Assembly (NCBI GenBank): GCA_900544595.1 | Contig: UQVQ01000002.1 | Location: 75,690-139,689, forward strand | DNA from: an uncultured Bacillota bacterium | GTDB lineage: Bacteria; Bacillota; Clostridia; Christensenellales; UBA1242 | Length of the DNA stretch: 64,000 bases | Direction: 5' to 3' | In this document: positions 20,888 through 31,776 of the stretch, piece by piece | Position numbering within the stretch: the stretch's first letter is position 1 | Layout: each line of letters begins with the position of its first letter | Translations under genes and position numbers: made by a program | Notes under the pieces: model-generated | Told to the model about the DNA's origin: nothing | Database searches by the model: none | The model's input: only the letters and a program-made list of their open reading frames with translations

Positions 20888-22576
20888 TCATTTTTTTGTT
20901 GCAATTATAATTCGGTCGTTTCCGCCATAATCTTTTTTTATTCTAATATTTTTAAAGTTTTTTTGCAAGAGTTTTTTAACGCTTTCGCCTTGGTCGAATC
21001 CAATTTCCAAAACAAGAACTCCGCTTTCTTTAAGGTGCAATGGCGCTTGGGCGGCAATTTCACGATAGAAATATAATCCGTCTTCCCCGCCGTCGAGAGC
21101 AAGAATTGGGTCGAACTTTTTAACTTCGTCGTCAAGCGTTTGAATTTCCGCCGATTTAATATATGGTGGATTTGAAATTATAACATCAAATTTTTCTTTT
21201 TTAAGCCCTTTAAAAATGTCCGATTCAATAAATTTAACTTTTGCGCCATAATGTTTTGCATTTTTCTTTGCAACTTCAAGCGCAAGTTTTGAAACATCGC
21301 TTGCAAAAACAGTTGCCGAGGTTTCAAGAGCAAAGGTCACGGCAATTGCTCCGCTTCCTGTCATTAAATCTAGAACGCGTGGCTTTTCAAAAAATTTGTT
21401 TGCTTCTTTAATTGCTTCTTCAACAACTTGCTCGGTTTCTTGTCGAGGGGAAAGAACATTCTTATCAACATAAAAATCTCTTCCATAGAACGCAGCAACA
21501 TTAAAAATTTTTGAAATTGGCATTCTTTTTTCGCGTTTTGCAAGCGCATTTTTAATTTTTTTATACTCTTCTTTTGAAACAGTGTTCAAAAGTTTAATTT
21601 CGCTTCTGTTTTTCCCAAGACAATTTGCAATAAGCCAATCGGTTTCGGCGCCGTCTTCAATTCCCGCTTGCAAAAGTCTTTGTTTAACTTCGCTGTAAAC
21701 AACGCTGAACGCAACGCCGTCCGCGCTGAAATCTCCAATTAGTCTTTCTTTATTTTCGTGCATCAAAATAACCTCATTCATTGCCGAAAAGGCAATTTCT
21801 CTTTCTGTTTGTGTTGGACGTTCGCTTGTTAAAAAAGCAATTGGATTTACAAAAATTTTCGAAAAAACTCCTGTTTTAAGTTCAAAAAGTTTTAAAACTT
21901 CGTAAATTATTGAAAAACACGCAATAACAAGCAAGAAGTTGATTAAAAATTTCAAAAAGAAGTTTATATCAACGATAATAAATGATAACACAAAAAGCGA
22001 AAGAAGAAAACCACAAACAATGTAATTTAAAAAATTTGTTGAAAGGAAAAACGAATCAACCTTTTTCCCTTCAAAAAATGCTTTTGCCAAATTCCCAGCT
22101 GCGTTGTTTCGATAGACCTGTCGCATTGAAGGAATAAACCTTAAACAAAGCATTGCCAAAACAAAAAATCCGCAGCGAACAATTCCCATTATAAGCGCAA
22201 CAACATACCCATTAACCCCCTGATTTTTCAAAATTGAAAACGTGAAAAATGGAACAAGAAAAATTGAAATAAAAAAGCAAACAAAGCCAATAACACCAAT
22301 CGATGTTAAAATAACAACACTTGCCGATGGCTTTGTTTTTCTTTCCTGATTTCCTCTTTCAAAAAAAGTTTTCGAGCCGCTAAGCGAAATTAAATAAAGA
22401 TATAGTCCAAAAATTAAAATTGAAATTCCGCGAATAAACCAAATTTTTTCCGCAAAGAAATTTCTTTTTTCTTTAAATGAAACAACCTCAATCTTTCCTT
22501 TTGAATTGATTGATGCAATTGCTCTGTTTTTTTCATAAACTGCCGCCGTTCCAAGAACGGCTGGGAAAAACATCAT
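20888..22576 (-). CDS. prmC: Fusion protein: N-terminal DUF1385-like membrane domain plus C-terminal release-factor glutamine methyltransferase PrmC/HemK
   Basis: C-terminal half has VLDLMTGSGAIAV (SAM motif I) and IISNPPY (catalytic NPPY). The N-terminal ~285 aa have 4-5 TM helices and DUF1385-like segments (PAVLGTAAVYEKNRAIASINSKGKIEV; FLTSERPTQTEREIAFSAMNEVI). Confidence 0.8.
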   Translation of the reverse strand: MMFFPAVLGTAAVYEKNRAIASINSKGKIEVVSFKEKRNFFAEKIWFIRGISILIFGLYLYLISLSGSKTFFERGNQERKTKPSASVVILTSIGVIGFVCFFISIFLVPFFTFSILKNQGVNGYVVALIMGIVRCGFFVLAMLCLRFIPSMRQVYRNNAAGNLAKAFFEGKKVDSFFLSTNFLNYIVCGFLLSLFVLSFIIVDINFFLKFLINFLLVIACFSIIYEVLKLFELKTGVFSKIFVNPIAFLTSERPTQTEREIAFSAMNEVILMHENKERLIGDFSADGVAFSVVYSEVKQRLLQAGIEDGAETDWLIANCLGKNRSEIKLLNTVSKEEYKKIKNALAKREKRMPISKIFNVAAFYGRDFYVDKNVLSPRQETEQVVEEAIKEANKFFEKPRVLDLMTGSGAIAVTFALETSATVFASDVSKLALEVAKKNAKHYGAKVKFIESDIFKGLKKEKFDVIISNPPYIKSAEIQTLDDEVKKFDPILALDGGEDGLYFYREIAAQAPLHLKESGVLVLEIGFDQGESVKKLLQKNFKNIRIKKDYGGNDRIIIATKK

Positions 22577-22739
22577 AACTTAATTATTGACAACAAATAA
22601 AAAAACAAACATAATGTTTGCTTCTTAATTTTGTTTTTTTATCATAAATTTTCATTTTTCTTGCATTTTTTTATTAAAAATCAATATTTTTTGCCGTTTT
22701 TATTAAATTTATGATTTATTTATTTTAAAAATCAGAAAT

Positions 22740-23906
22740 TTATTCTTTTGATGCCGCGTTTGTTTTAACAGGAACAGCGCATGATTGAACCATCAACGCT
22801 GCAGCGGCAAAAGACTCAACAATTTTTTGGTCATTGAAAGAAATTGGGTTATCAAAACTTATTGAATTGACATCAACTTTGCTCATAAAATCATTTTGAA
22901 TTTGATTTTTAAGATTCTCTTTAAGTTCCAATCGCAAATCAATTAAGTCGTTTGCCAATTCTTTGTTTTGAGTTAAATCAATTTTTTCGCCGCTTTCATC
23001 TCTTGCGTAAGCAAAATAGTTGTTAAAATTTTGGTCAAGTTCAAGATTTGAAATTGCTGTTTCATAAACAACATTTGGGCTTGTAAGCCCCTCTTTAATT
23101 GCTTTTTGAGTTAAAATTTGAGCATATTTTTTAGCGATGTTTGCCCCAACGCCTGCAACACATCTTTGGCGGTTAACAAAAATTGTTTTGTTCTTTGTTT
23201 CTGTTGAATCTGCAAAAGAATCGAAAAGGCCAAAAATTTCATGAACAAGAGAGGTGTTTTCAAGTCCATATTTCCTTGCAATTGCATTTTCAAGTCCTTT
23301 TAAATCGGCTTTAATATAGAAAGTGAAAATTTCATTTTCATCAAGCCCATCGCAAAGAACAGAAAGAACCTTTGCGGGAAATTGATAAGAGCCATTAAGA
23401 TTGTAAACCGCATCGGAATACATTGTTGTCATTGCTTCTGTTATTCCTCGATTTATCATAACTGTTTTAGTTTTTGGCAAACCCTTTGTGAAAACTGAAA
23501 AAACAGCTTCATCTTCGTTTTGATTTGGATTTGCAAGTTCTTTTGTTTGCAAGAATCCAGAATACTCTGAAAATGCCGACGATGCGGCATGGAACATCTC
23601 ATGATTTAAAACTGGAAATTGTTTTTCCCCAAGGTCCTCTTTAAGATAGATTGAATTTGGAATATAGTTGCCGCTGTCACCATGAATGTCGTAAAAAGCG
23701 GCTGTGCGGCGATAGTTATTGCTAAGAGGAAAAAACTTTAAATTATCCAAATATGCAACAACTTGATTTTTTTCACTTTTTGAAAGATTTGCTTTCAAAA
23801 CTTTTTCCAAAATAATTTGCCTTGAAAGTTTAATATGCTCAAGCAAAACTCCGTTAATTTCGCTTTGCTTTGGGGTATATTCTTGTTCGTTTGTGTTTAT
23901 GTTCAT
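22740..23906 (-). CDS. Hypothetical protein with an HExxH motif (possible metallopeptidase)
   Basis: 388 aa with LNHEMFHAASS. No signal peptide obvious; family not recognised. Confidence 0.45.
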   Translation of the reverse strand: MNINTNEQEYTPKQSEINGVLLEHIKLSRQIILEKVLKANLSKSEKNQVVAYLDNLKFFPLSNNYRRTAAFYDIHGDSGNYIPNSIYLKEDLGEKQFPVLNHEMFHAASSAFSEYSGFLQTKELANPNQNEDEAVFSVFTKGLPKTKTVMINRGITEAMTTMYSDAVYNLNGSYQFPAKVLSVLCDGLDENEIFTFYIKADLKGLENAIARKYGLENTSLVHEIFGLFDSFADSTETKNKTIFVNRQRCVAGVGANIAKKYAQILTQKAIKEGLTSPNVVYETAISNLELDQNFNNYFAYARDESGEKIDLTQNKELANDLIDLRLELKENLKNQIQNDFMSKVDVNSISFDNPISFNDQKIVESFAAAALMVQSCAVPVKTNAASKE

Positions 23907-24100
23907 ATGTTCATTATATATTATATTATTCTTTTGGTCAATAGTTAAAATTGTAAACTTAATAACTATTTTTTAAATATAAATTAAGATTAAAAACTCT
24001 ATTTTTAATGAATATTTTGAAAAATTTAATAAAAATAAAGATTTTTTATTTATTTTTCTTATTTTTTTAAAAAAAATTAAATAATTAAAAATTAAATTTA

Positions 24101-24127
24101 AAAAATAAAACGCCATTTTGGCGTTTT
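24101..24127 (-). terminator. Rho-independent terminator of rpmE
   Basis: Stem AAAACGCC / GGCGTTTT with a T-run on the minus strand, 20 nt after the rpmE stop. Confidence 0.7.
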
Positions 24128-24146
24128 ATTTAAAATTGAATTAAAC

Positions 24147-24350
24147 TTATTTTCCAATTCTTTTATTAAATCTTTCAACACGTCCGCTTGTGTCAACAAT
24201 TTTTTGTTTTCCTGTGAAGAATGGGTGACATTTATTGCAAATGTCAATTTTCATTTCATCGCCTTCATAGGTTGAACCTGTTTTGAAAGTGTTTCCGCAA
24301 GCGCATTTAACGGTTACTTCGTGATAATTTGGGTGAATGCTTTCTTTCAT
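24147..24350 (-). CDS. rpmE: 50S ribosomal protein L31 (Zn-ribbon type)
   Basis: [20 protein letters not shown]...[13 protein letters not shown]; 67 aa. Confidence 0.95.
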   Translation of the reverse strand: MKESIHPNYHEVTVKCACGNTFKTGSTYEGDEMKIDICNKCHPFFTGKQKIVDTSGRVERFNKRIGK

Positions 24351-24367
24351 TTTTTCCCTCCTGTTTT

Positions 24368-26461
24368 TTATTCTTTGCCAACAAGTTTAAGGTCAACCCT
24401 TCCCTTGTTGTCGATTTTAATAACTTCAACTTCAACTTCGTCGCCAATGTTAACAACGTCTTCAACTTTTTCAACGCGTTTTGTTGAAAGTTTTGAAATG
24501 TGAATCATTCCGTCTTTTCCTGGTGCAATTTCAACAAATGCTCCAAATTGCATAATCCTAACAACTTTTCCGCTGTAAATTTTTCCAACTTCCAAGTCTT
24601 CTGCAATGTTAAGGATAATTCTCTTTGCTTTTTCTGCCATTTCGGAATCTGGAGTTGCAATGAAAACCTTTCCATCGTCGGTTATATCAATTTTAACACC
24701 TGTTTCTTCAATTATTTTGTTAATTGTTTTTCCGCCGGAACCAATAACATCTTTAATTGAATCTGGGTCGATTGAGAATGAAATAATTTTTGGTGCATAT
24801 TTTGAAAGTTCTTTTCTTGGCTCTGGAAGAACGGCAAGCATTTTATCCAAAATGTAAAGACGGCCTTGGCGTGCTTGTTCAAGCGCAGTTGTTAAAATTG
24901 CCTTGTCGATTCCTTTAATTTTGATGTCCATTTGAATTGCCGTGATTCCTCTTGTTGTTCCGGTTACTTTGAAATCCATATCGCCAAGGAAATCCTCAAG
25001 CCCTTGAATGTCGGAAAGAACAGCAACTTTTTTGCTTTCTTCGTCTTTAATAAGTCCCATTGCAATTCCTGCAACTGGCAACTTAATTGGAACACCTGCG
25101 TCCATAAGCGCAAGGGTTGAGCCACACGTGCTTGCCATTGATGAAGAGCCGTTTGATGAAAGAACCTCGCTTACCAAACGAATTGCATATGGGAATTCTT
25201 CTTCCGATGGAATAACAGGTTCAAGCGCTCTTTCTGCCAATGCTCCATGACCAATTTCACGGCGGCCTGGGCTTTTAAGAGGTTTTGCCTCGCCTGTTGC
25301 ATATCCTGGCATATTGTAGTGATGCATATATCTCTTGCAGTCCTCTTCGTCGAGCCCTTCAAGTTTTTGCATATCGGAAATTGTTCCAAGAGTTAAAGTT
25401 GTTAAAACTTGTGTTTGACCTCTTGTGAAAACGCCTGTTCCATGAACTCTTGGCAAAACTCCAACATCGCACCAAATTGGACGAATTTCGGTTGTTTTTC
25501 TTCCGTCTGGACGAACCCCTTCGTTAATAATTTTTGAACGAACGGTTTCTTTTGTTATTTTATAGATAACATCGCCAATTTGTTTTGTTTGCTCTGGATA
25601 GATTTCAGCAAAGTGAGCATAAATTTGTTCGTTTGCTTCTTCCTGATTTTTTTGTCTTTTTTCGCGGTCGAATTCGTCAAGCGCTTTAACAATTAAAGGT
25701 GTTGCAAATTCTCTAACCGCAGTGTTAATTTCTTCTTCAACAGTTTCATAAACGATTTTGTCGTTAACAGGTTTTCCAATTTTTGCTTTAACGTCTTTGA
25801 TGAAACGAACAATTTTCTTAATTTCTTCGTGTCCAAACATAATTCCGTCAAGCATCTGTTCTTCTGTTACTTCTTTTGCACCTGCTTCAACCATTAAAAT
25901 TGCTTCTTCGGTTCCGCTAAGCATAAGGTGCATAAGGCTTTTTTCTCTTTGTTCAAGGTCTGGGTTAATAACATATTTCCCGTCAACAAGCCCAACACAA
26001 ACCGAGCCAGTTGGCCCCATAAAAGGAATGTCGGAAATGCTTAAAGCAAAACTTGAACCGAGCATTGCAAGTGGTTCTGGCGCAATGTTAGGGTCAACAG
26101 AAAGTGCTGTTGCAACAACTGTAACATCGTTATAGAAACCTTTTGGGAAAAGAGGGCGAAGAGGACGGTCGATTAAACGGCTTGTTAAAATTGCCTTATC
26201 GCTTGCTCTTCCTTCTCTTTTCTTAAAGCCGCCTGGAATTTTCCCAACGGCATACATTTTTTCTTCAAAATCAACACTAAGAGGGAAGAAATCAATTCCT
26301 GGTCTTGGAGCTGGGCTCATATTAACATTAACCATAACGGCAGTTTCGCCACAACGAACCAAGCAGCTTCCGCTTGATTGTTCGCAGTATTTCCCTGTTT
26401 CAAATGTAACTTTCTTTCCGCCAATCTCAATTTCAAAGATTGTTGCGTCTTTATTTGACAT
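24368..26461 (-). CDS. pnp: Polyribonucleotide nucleotidyltransferase (PNPase)
   Basis: Two RNase PH domains, KH ([10 protein letters not shown]) and S1 ([15 protein letters not shown]) domains; 697 aa. Confidence 0.95.
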   Translation of the reverse strand: MSNKDATIFEIEIGGKKVTFETGKYCEQSSGSCLVRCGETAVMVNVNMSPAPRPGIDFFPLSVDFEEKMYAVGKIPGGFKKREGRASDKAILTSRLIDRPLRPLFPKGFYNDVTVVATALSVDPNIAPEPLAMLGSSFALSISDIPFMGPTGSVCVGLVDGKYVINPDLEQREKSLMHLMLSGTEEAILMVEAGAKEVTEEQMLDGIMFGHEEIKKIVRFIKDVKAKIGKPVNDKIVYETVEEEINTAVREFATPLIVKALDEFDREKRQKNQEEANEQIYAHFAEIYPEQTKQIGDVIYKITKETVRSKIINEGVRPDGRKTTEIRPIWCDVGVLPRVHGTGVFTRGQTQVLTTLTLGTISDMQKLEGLDEEDCKRYMHHYNMPGYATGEAKPLKSPGRREIGHGALAERALEPVIPSEEEFPYAIRLVSEVLSSNGSSSMASTCGSTLALMDAGVPIKLPVAGIAMGLIKDEESKKVAVLSDIQGLEDFLGDMDFKVTGTTRGITAIQMDIKIKGIDKAILTTALEQARQGRLYILDKMLAVLPEPRKELSKYAPKIISFSIDPDSIKDVIGSGGKTINKIIEETGVKIDITDDGKVFIATPDSEMAEKAKRIILNIAEDLEVGKIYSGKVVRIMQFGAFVEIAPGKDGMIHISKLSTKRVEKVEDVVNIGDEVEVEVIKIDNKGRVDLKLVGKE

Positions 26462-26502
26462 AAATTTTCTCCTTAATTTTTTCTTCCCTTTATTTTTCTT
26501 GC

Positions 26503-26763
26503 CTATCTAATTCCTAAAGATTTTTTAAGTTCACGATATGCATTGATGTCTTTTTCTTCCAAATATTTCAAAAGGCCTTTTCTTTGACCAACCATTTGAA
26601 GAAGACCGCGGCGAGAATGGTTGTCCTTATGGTTGTTCTTTAAGTGCTCTGTTAAGTGGTTAATTCTTTCTGTTAAAAGAGCAATTTGAACTTGTGGAGA
26701 ACCAGTGTCGCTTTCAGATAAACGATATTTTTCGATTATCTCTTTTTTAACGTTCTTATCCAT
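26503..26763 (-). CDS. rpsO: 30S ribosomal protein S15
   Basis: [36 protein letters not shown]; 86 aa. Confidence 0.95.
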   Translation of the reverse strand: MDKNVKKEIIEKYRLSESDTGSPQVQIALLTERINHLTEHLKNNHKDNHSRRGLLQMVGQRKGLLKYLEEKDINAYRELKKSLGIR

Positions 26764-26961
26764 ATTTTACCTCCTACATAAAATTCGCTTCAAACAAAGC
26801 AAGTCGTAATGTCGTAGGAAATTCGCGACAAACCTTGATTGAAGTACGACTAGGAGTATATCACACAAAAAAAAAGTTGTAAAGTGTTTTTACAATTATT
26901 TACATAATTAATATATTAAAAGGCAAAATGCGACTCGACGAGAGCAAAAATAAGCAAAATT

Positions 26962-27516
26962 TTAACCTAACTTTTTTGCATAAATTTTTAAATTTTTTTC
27001 AACTTTTTCAACATAGTTTCTCGTTTCCAAAAAAGGGATGGTTAGGAGCGTTTTCCCGTCTGAAGAGATTTCTTTGTTTTCAAGCCATTTCAAAACCGTC
27101 CCTTCTCCTGCATTATAGGCGCAAAGAGCAACATTAAGATTTCCAAATTTTTCGAGCAAATATTTGATGTAACAAGTTCCAACTCGAATGTTTGTTAGAG
27201 GCGAAAAAAGTTCGCTTTCTCCAACTTCTTTTTCAAAATTAAAATTGGTTAAACTAACCCAAGAAGCTGTTGAAGGAAGAACCTGCATAAGCCCAACTGC
27301 TCCTTTCTTTGAAACCGCATTTTCGTTAAACGAACTTTCGGCGTTAATTATGCTTGCAATAAGTTTCTTCTCAATTCCAAATTCATTTGCGGCAAGAGAA
27401 ATTTCCTTTTCAAATTTAAGAGGATATTTTATGCTTAAATAGGCAAAAACTAATGCAAAGCAAAGCATTAAGACAAACAGAAAAACAGCCGAAAAAACAA
27501 AGAAATTTTTTCTCAT
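26962..27516 (-). CDS. Lytic transglycosylase (SLT domain), membrane-anchored
   Basis: N-terminal TM helix; AESSFN (catalytic Glu), GLMQV and AYNAG motifs. Confidence 0.8.
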   Translation of the reverse strand: MRKNFFVFSAVFLFVLMLCFALVFAYLSIKYPLKFEKEISLAANEFGIEKKLIASIINAESSFNENAVSKKGAVGLMQVLPSTASWVSLTNFNFEKEVGESELFSPLTNIRVGTCYIKYLLEKFGNLNVALCAYNAGEGTVLKWLENKEISSDGKTLLTIPFLETRNYVEKVEKNLKIYAKKLG

Positions 27517-27568
27517 ATGTTTATTTTATGAAGTTGGAAAAATTTTATAATGACAATATGTTTTTAAG

Positions 27569-27597
27569 TTGACTTAATTATTTTGTTTGTTTATAAT
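27569..27597 (+). promoter_or_regulatory. Sigma-A type promoter for secDF
   Basis: TTGACT (27569-27574), 17-nt spacer, TATAAT (27592-27597). Confidence 0.5.
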
Positions 27598-27628
27598 ATC
27601 TTGACTTAATTTTAAAAGGAAAATCATA

Positions 27629-28945
27629 ATGGAAAAGAAAAAGGCAATAGCAAAAATCGCATTCATATCTCTTTTTAGCATTCTTTTGATTATTTTTGCA
27701 GTTATCAGTTTCATGCCTGCGGGAAAAGTTAAAGGCTTTGCCGGTTTTGCAGGGGCAATAACAAAAGGATTAGATTTTGAAGGCGGCATTTATGCAAACT
27801 ACACCTCGGCGCCAATTGGCGAAATGACCGACAAAGAATTCAAAGATGCTCTTAACGAAACTTATAAAAAAGTTAACAGTATTATTGAACAAAAGGGTTA
27901 CACCGACGCAAAAGTTTTCTTAACTTCCGACAACAAAATTAGAATTGAAAGCCCAAATGTTGACGATGCAAAAGAAATTTTAAACTTAATTGGCAGCGGC
28001 GAACTTAAGATTTCAACATCTTCTTCTAATTCTGGCGACACAATTTTAACAGGGAAAGATATAACAGCAACGTTTGCCATGCAAAACCCTTCAACAGGAA
28101 CTTGGGGAACATATGTTGGATTCAACGAAGAAGGAATGAAAGCCGTTAAAGCAGCAACAAAAGGCGCTTCAAGCTCTTCCAAAACAACTCTCTATTTCTT
28201 CCGCGGGAACGACACATCTGCTTTCACAAGTCTTTCTTTCGACAGCCCATACACAAGCGACTTCTTCTTTATAAGTTACACAAATGGCTCAATGACACAA
28301 GAACAAGCAGTTAGTCTTGCTGTTCAAATTTCAACAGGAAGTTTTAAAACAATTTTAACTGTTGACGGAACAACCAATTGGATTTCTTCAAGCACGGGTG
28401 ACGAAGCAATTTTGGGGCTTACAATTGCAAGCGCAGCGGCAGCTCTTGTTATCTTAGTTATTTTTGCAATTGTATATCGCGAGCTTGGACTTATGTCAAT
28501 CATCTCAATCTTAATGTATATTGGCGGAATGCTCTTCTTTATGCAAGCAATTCCAGTTATAACACTTTCCGTTGCAAGTCTTGGCGCGGGGCTTGTTTCG
28601 CTTGTTTTAGTTTCCGCTTGTCATTTCATTCTGCTTGAAAAAATTCGTGCGGAATATGCAATTGGAAAGAAATTTAAAACTGCAGTTAAAACTGGCTATA
28701 AAAAATCTGTTAGCGTAATTTCCGAAATTTGCGGGGCAATTGCAATCATTTCAACTGTTGCATATTTCATTTTAACTGGTGCGGTTAAGAGCTTTGCAAT
28801 GATTATGATTGCCGGTTCGCTTTTAACTCTTTTAACAACTCTTTTCTTCTCATATCACCTTGCAAAAGCCTATGCAACCTTAAACACAGCAAACGGGAAA
28901 AGAGTTAACTTTTCAAGGGAGGAAAACATTGATGAAATTGAATAA
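27629..28945 (+). CDS. secD: Protein translocase subunit SecD
   Basis: N-terminal TM helix, large periplasmic-type domain (GLDFEGG), C-terminal 5 TM helices; overlaps secF. Confidence 0.85.
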   Translation: MEKKKAIAKIAFISLFSILLIIFAVISFMPAGKVKGFAGFAGAITKGLDFEGGIYANYTSAPIGEMTDKEFKDALNETYKKVNSIIEQKGYTDAKVFLTSDNKIRIESPNVDDAKEILNLIGSGELKISTSSSNSGDTILTGKDITATFAMQNPSTGTWGTYVGFNEEGMKAVKAATKGASSSSKTTLYFFRGNDTSAFTSLSFDSPYTSDFFFISYTNGSMTQEQAVSLAVQISTGSFKTILTVDGTTNWISSSTGDEAILGLTIASAAAALVILVIFAIVYRELGLMSIISILMYIGGMLFFMQAIPVITLSVASLGAGLVSLVLVSACHFILLEKIRAEYAIGKKFKTAVKTGYKKSVSVISEICGAIAIISTVAYFILTGAVKSFAMIMIAGSLLTLLTTLFFSYHLAKAYATLNTANGKRVNFSREENIDEIE

Positions 28946-29930
28946 ATTAACAAATCTTTTCAAAAAAGATATTAGTTTTCTTGGGCACGCAAAATACTAT
29001 TTTGTTGCACTTGCTGCAATTTTAATTTCTGCAATCATTATTGTTTCGGTTATTGGAATGAAAATTGGGTTTGATTTTCAAGGCGGAACAATTGTTGAGG
29101 TTGTTTATGGTGTTGAGTTTGATAATGAGGGGAATCCATATCCAGAAGATTCTCAATACACAAAAGACTTAGCCAAAGAAAAAATTGAAAAAGTTTTGGG
29201 AAATGTTGGCGGCTTTGAAATTTCAACAATTCAAGACGCAAAAGGCGAATATGGAAACAAGGTTGTTTATAAACTTCTTTCAAACGAAAAAATTTCAAAC
29301 GACCAATATGAAACAATAAAAACAAAACTCTATGAAGAATTCGACCAATACAACGCAACCGGCCTTCTCCAATCAAAATACATCACAGTTTATGGCGTTC
29401 CAGGAAGCGCAAACAATGCAGCGGTTTATGGCTCAATTGCCCTTGCTGTTTCGGTTGTTCTTCTTTCAATTGGTGTTGCAATTCGCTATGGATTTTCGGC
29501 AATGTTCTCAATTCTTTTAACATCGCTTATTAACATCGCTTTGGCTTTTGCAACAGTTATAATTTGCCGTGTTAGCGTTGATGCCCAATTTATTGGAAGC
29601 GTCTTAACAATTTTTGTTTTAACTTTAATTGCAAATTTAATCTACCTTGACAAAGCAAAAGAGAACTTCAAAAATAAAGAACTCTCAAGAAACGATGTTG
29701 TTAACCTTTCTGTTAAACAAACCTTAGTAACAAACGCATTGATTCTTAGTGTTTCCCTTATTTCAGTAATTTTCCTAACTGGGTTTGGAGTTTTAGCAAT
29801 AAGAAGCTATGGAATTCCTGTTATTCTTGGAACGCTTTATGCTTTCTTCTCGGCAATTTATGTTTTGCCTTGGCTTAACTTTAAAATTAATTTCAAAAAG
29901 AAACAAAAAATCAAAAAGAGCGGTAAATAA
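28929..29930 (+). CDS. secF: Protein translocase subunit SecF
   Basis: GFDFQGGT motif, 6 TM topology, translationally coupled to secD. Confidence 0.85.
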   Translation: MMKLNKLTNLFKKDISFLGHAKYYFVALAAILISAIIIVSVIGMKIGFDFQGGTIVEVVYGVEFDNEGNPYPEDSQYTKDLAKEKIEKVLGNVGGFEISTIQDAKGEYGNKVVYKLLSNEKISNDQYETIKTKLYEEFDQYNATGLLQSKYITVYGVPGSANNAAVYGSIALAVSVVLLSIGVAIRYGFSAMFSILLTSLINIALAFATVIICRVSVDAQFIGSVLTIFVLTLIANLIYLDKAKENFKNKELSRNDVVNLSVKQTLVTNALILSVSLISVIFLTGFGVLAIRSYGIPVILGTLYAFFSAIYVLPWLNFKINFKKKQKIKKSGK

Positions 29931-29941
29931 CCGCTTTTTTT
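29919..29941 (+). terminator. Rho-independent terminator of secDF
   Basis: Stem AGCGGT / ACCGCT overlapping the secF stop, followed by T7. Confidence 0.65.
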
Positions 29942-29979
29942 ATTTTAATTTATCAAATATTTCTCTTTGATTAAAAGCT

Positions 29980-30915
29980 TTAAGTTGCAATTTGAACAAT
30001 AGAAAGCATTATGCTTGGAGCTCCGGAAGCAGTTATTGTTCTGTTTGTTGAAAGCTTTGGAACAAGTGTTATTATGTCGTTGATTTTTAGCGAAACAACA
30101 AACATTGCGCTAACATTTGTGCTTGAGGTTAAAGACCGTGTTGTTCCAGGAATTAAACTGGAATTCTTATACACCCCAACACAATCACCTGCCGCCGCCG
30201 AAGAACCATTATTCATTGAAAATGAAATAACATATGTTCCATTTGCGGGTATAAAAACAGATGTTTCGTTTGTTGTTATCCCATTATTTGTTAAAGTTTG
30301 ACCAAAAGTTAGCGGACGAGAATTGGAAATGTCTTGATTGTTGGGATTAAACAGAGTTACATTTATATTATTAGTTGACCCTGGCGGCCCTGCAACTCCT
30401 TGCTCCCCCTTTTCGCCTTTTGGCCCTTGTTTGCCCTTATCTCCTTTAACCCCTTGAGGGCCGGCTTCCCCTTTTATTCCTTGATCGCCTTTTGGCCCAA
30501 TTTCTCCTTTTGGAATGTGGAATTCAAAATAATGAACCCCATCTTTATAATTATCCGTAACACTTGCAGGAACATTAGATTCAACCTGCGTTGTTTTTCC
30601 AACAATAATTTTTTCTGGCACTCCATTTTGTCCGTCGTAACCTTTTGGAATTCCAAAATCTAGGAACGTTGTGTTTCCATCATGAAACGCTTTAACCGTC
30701 GCTTGCTCGCCGGGTTGTAAAGTTGATGTTGACCTTATTATCAAATTTTCGCCGCTTGGTCCAGTTGGCCCAACAGGCCCAGTTGGACCTGTTGCTCCTG
30801 TTGCCCCTTTTGGCCCTTGTTGCCCTATTGGGGGTAAATTTATGCTTTTTGGCAAATAATTCGATTTTGAACAGGGTTTTTTGCATAAAATTTTGTTTAA
30901 AAAACTGTTTCTCAT
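29980..30915 (-). CDS. Collagen-like triple-helix repeat protein with a BclA/C1q-like C-terminal domain
   Basis: Two G-X-Y tracts (GQQGPKGATGATGPTGPVGPTGPSGE; GPKGDQGIKGEAGPQGVKGDKGKQGPKGEKGEQGVAGPPG). They are separated by a globular insert with a duplicated F.F.IPKG..G..G motif. The C-terminal ~130-aa beta-rich domain resembles exosporium BclA. Confidence 0.85.
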   Translation of the reverse strand: MRNSFLNKILCKKPCSKSNYLPKSINLPPIGQQGPKGATGATGPTGPVGPTGPSGENLIIRSTSTLQPGEQATVKAFHDGNTTFLDFGIPKGYDGQNGVPEKIIVGKTTQVESNVPASVTDNYKDGVHYFEFHIPKGEIGPKGDQGIKGEAGPQGVKGDKGKQGPKGEKGEQGVAGPPGSTNNINVTLFNPNNQDISNSRPLTFGQTLTNNGITTNETSVFIPANGTYVISFSMNNGSSAAAGDCVGVYKNSSLIPGTTRSLTSSTNVSAMFVVSLKINDIITLVPKLSTNRTITASGAPSIMLSIVQIAT

Positions 30916-31002
30916 ATTTTCTCCTTAACAAAAATTTTGTTTGTTCGAAATTTACTTTGTCTTTGTTGTCGTCTTGAATTAAATCAATTCGCAAAAAGTT
31001 TT

Positions 31003-31776
31003 TTAGTTTACTATAACTTTAAACGTGACTTCAATTTCCGCTCCAACATCAAGATTTCCAACTTCAAATCCATTTTCTGGGTTATATTCGGCTGGCGCAT
31101 CGGATTTGTTAATTCTCACACTCCCTGGGACAAAAGCTGTTTCTTTTGGGATTGAATCTCGAAAGAAAAGATTGGTGTTTGCAACTTTTCCAATGTTTTT
31201 AATTACATTTTGATACATAAATTCCGTTCCAGATATAACAACAGATTGGCTTGAAGTTTTTTCGATAACAATTTTGTTATCTGTTATATCAATAACAATT
31301 TCTAAAGTGTCTTCCGACAAATTTCGAATTTCATTAACATCATACGTTATGTTGGTTTTTAGCGGAACACTGTTAACCGTTGGCTTATCGTCGATAACAA
31401 GTATATAGGAAACAACTATTCCTGAATTTGGAACAAGTTTGTTTGGTAAAGTTATGCCCTTTATTAGATCAAAATTTGGATATGAAACGTCGTCGAGAGT
31501 TACCGACCCCTCTTTAAAACTTGCCCCTTGCCCAATTGTTTCCTTTAATCTAATATTTTCAATGTCCGACAAGCTTTCATTCGTTAAGATTTTACTTTGA
31601 AGAACTTCCTCTTTTGCCGCAGCATAATCTAACATAGACGACTTATCTTTCACGAAAGCAACCGTCATATTTTCTGTTTTAGATTCATTGCTTAAAGCGC
31701 TTAATGTTTTTGTTGTTTGGTCTGGTGTAGTATATTCTGCTGTTATGCTGGATTTGTTCAATATGAGTTTGTTCAT
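31003..31776 (-). CDS. DUF11-like conserved-repeat-domain protein
   Basis: C-terminal ...FRDSIPKETAFVPGSVRIN......P..GFEVGNLDVGAEIEVTFKVIV matches the DUF11 (TIGR01451-type) repeat pattern. Located directly upstream of the collagen-like gene. Confidence 0.5.
   Translation of the reverse strand: MNKLILNKSSITAEYTTPDQTTKTLSALSNESKTENMTVAFVKDKSSMLDYAAAKEEVLQSKILTNESLSDIENIRLKETIGQGASFKEGSVTLDDVSYPNFDLIKGITLPNKLVPNSGIVVSYILVIDDKPTVNSVPLKTNITYDVNEIRNLSEDTLEIVIDITDNKIVIEKTSSQSVVISGTEFMYQNVIKNIGKVANTNLFFRDSIPKETAFVPGSVRINKSDAPAEYNPENGFEVGNLDVGAEIEVTFKVIVN

Noticed and set aside
27574-27789. 71-aa minus-strand ORF over the secD start.
   Set aside because: It is antisense to the secD promoter and N-terminus and has no RBS.
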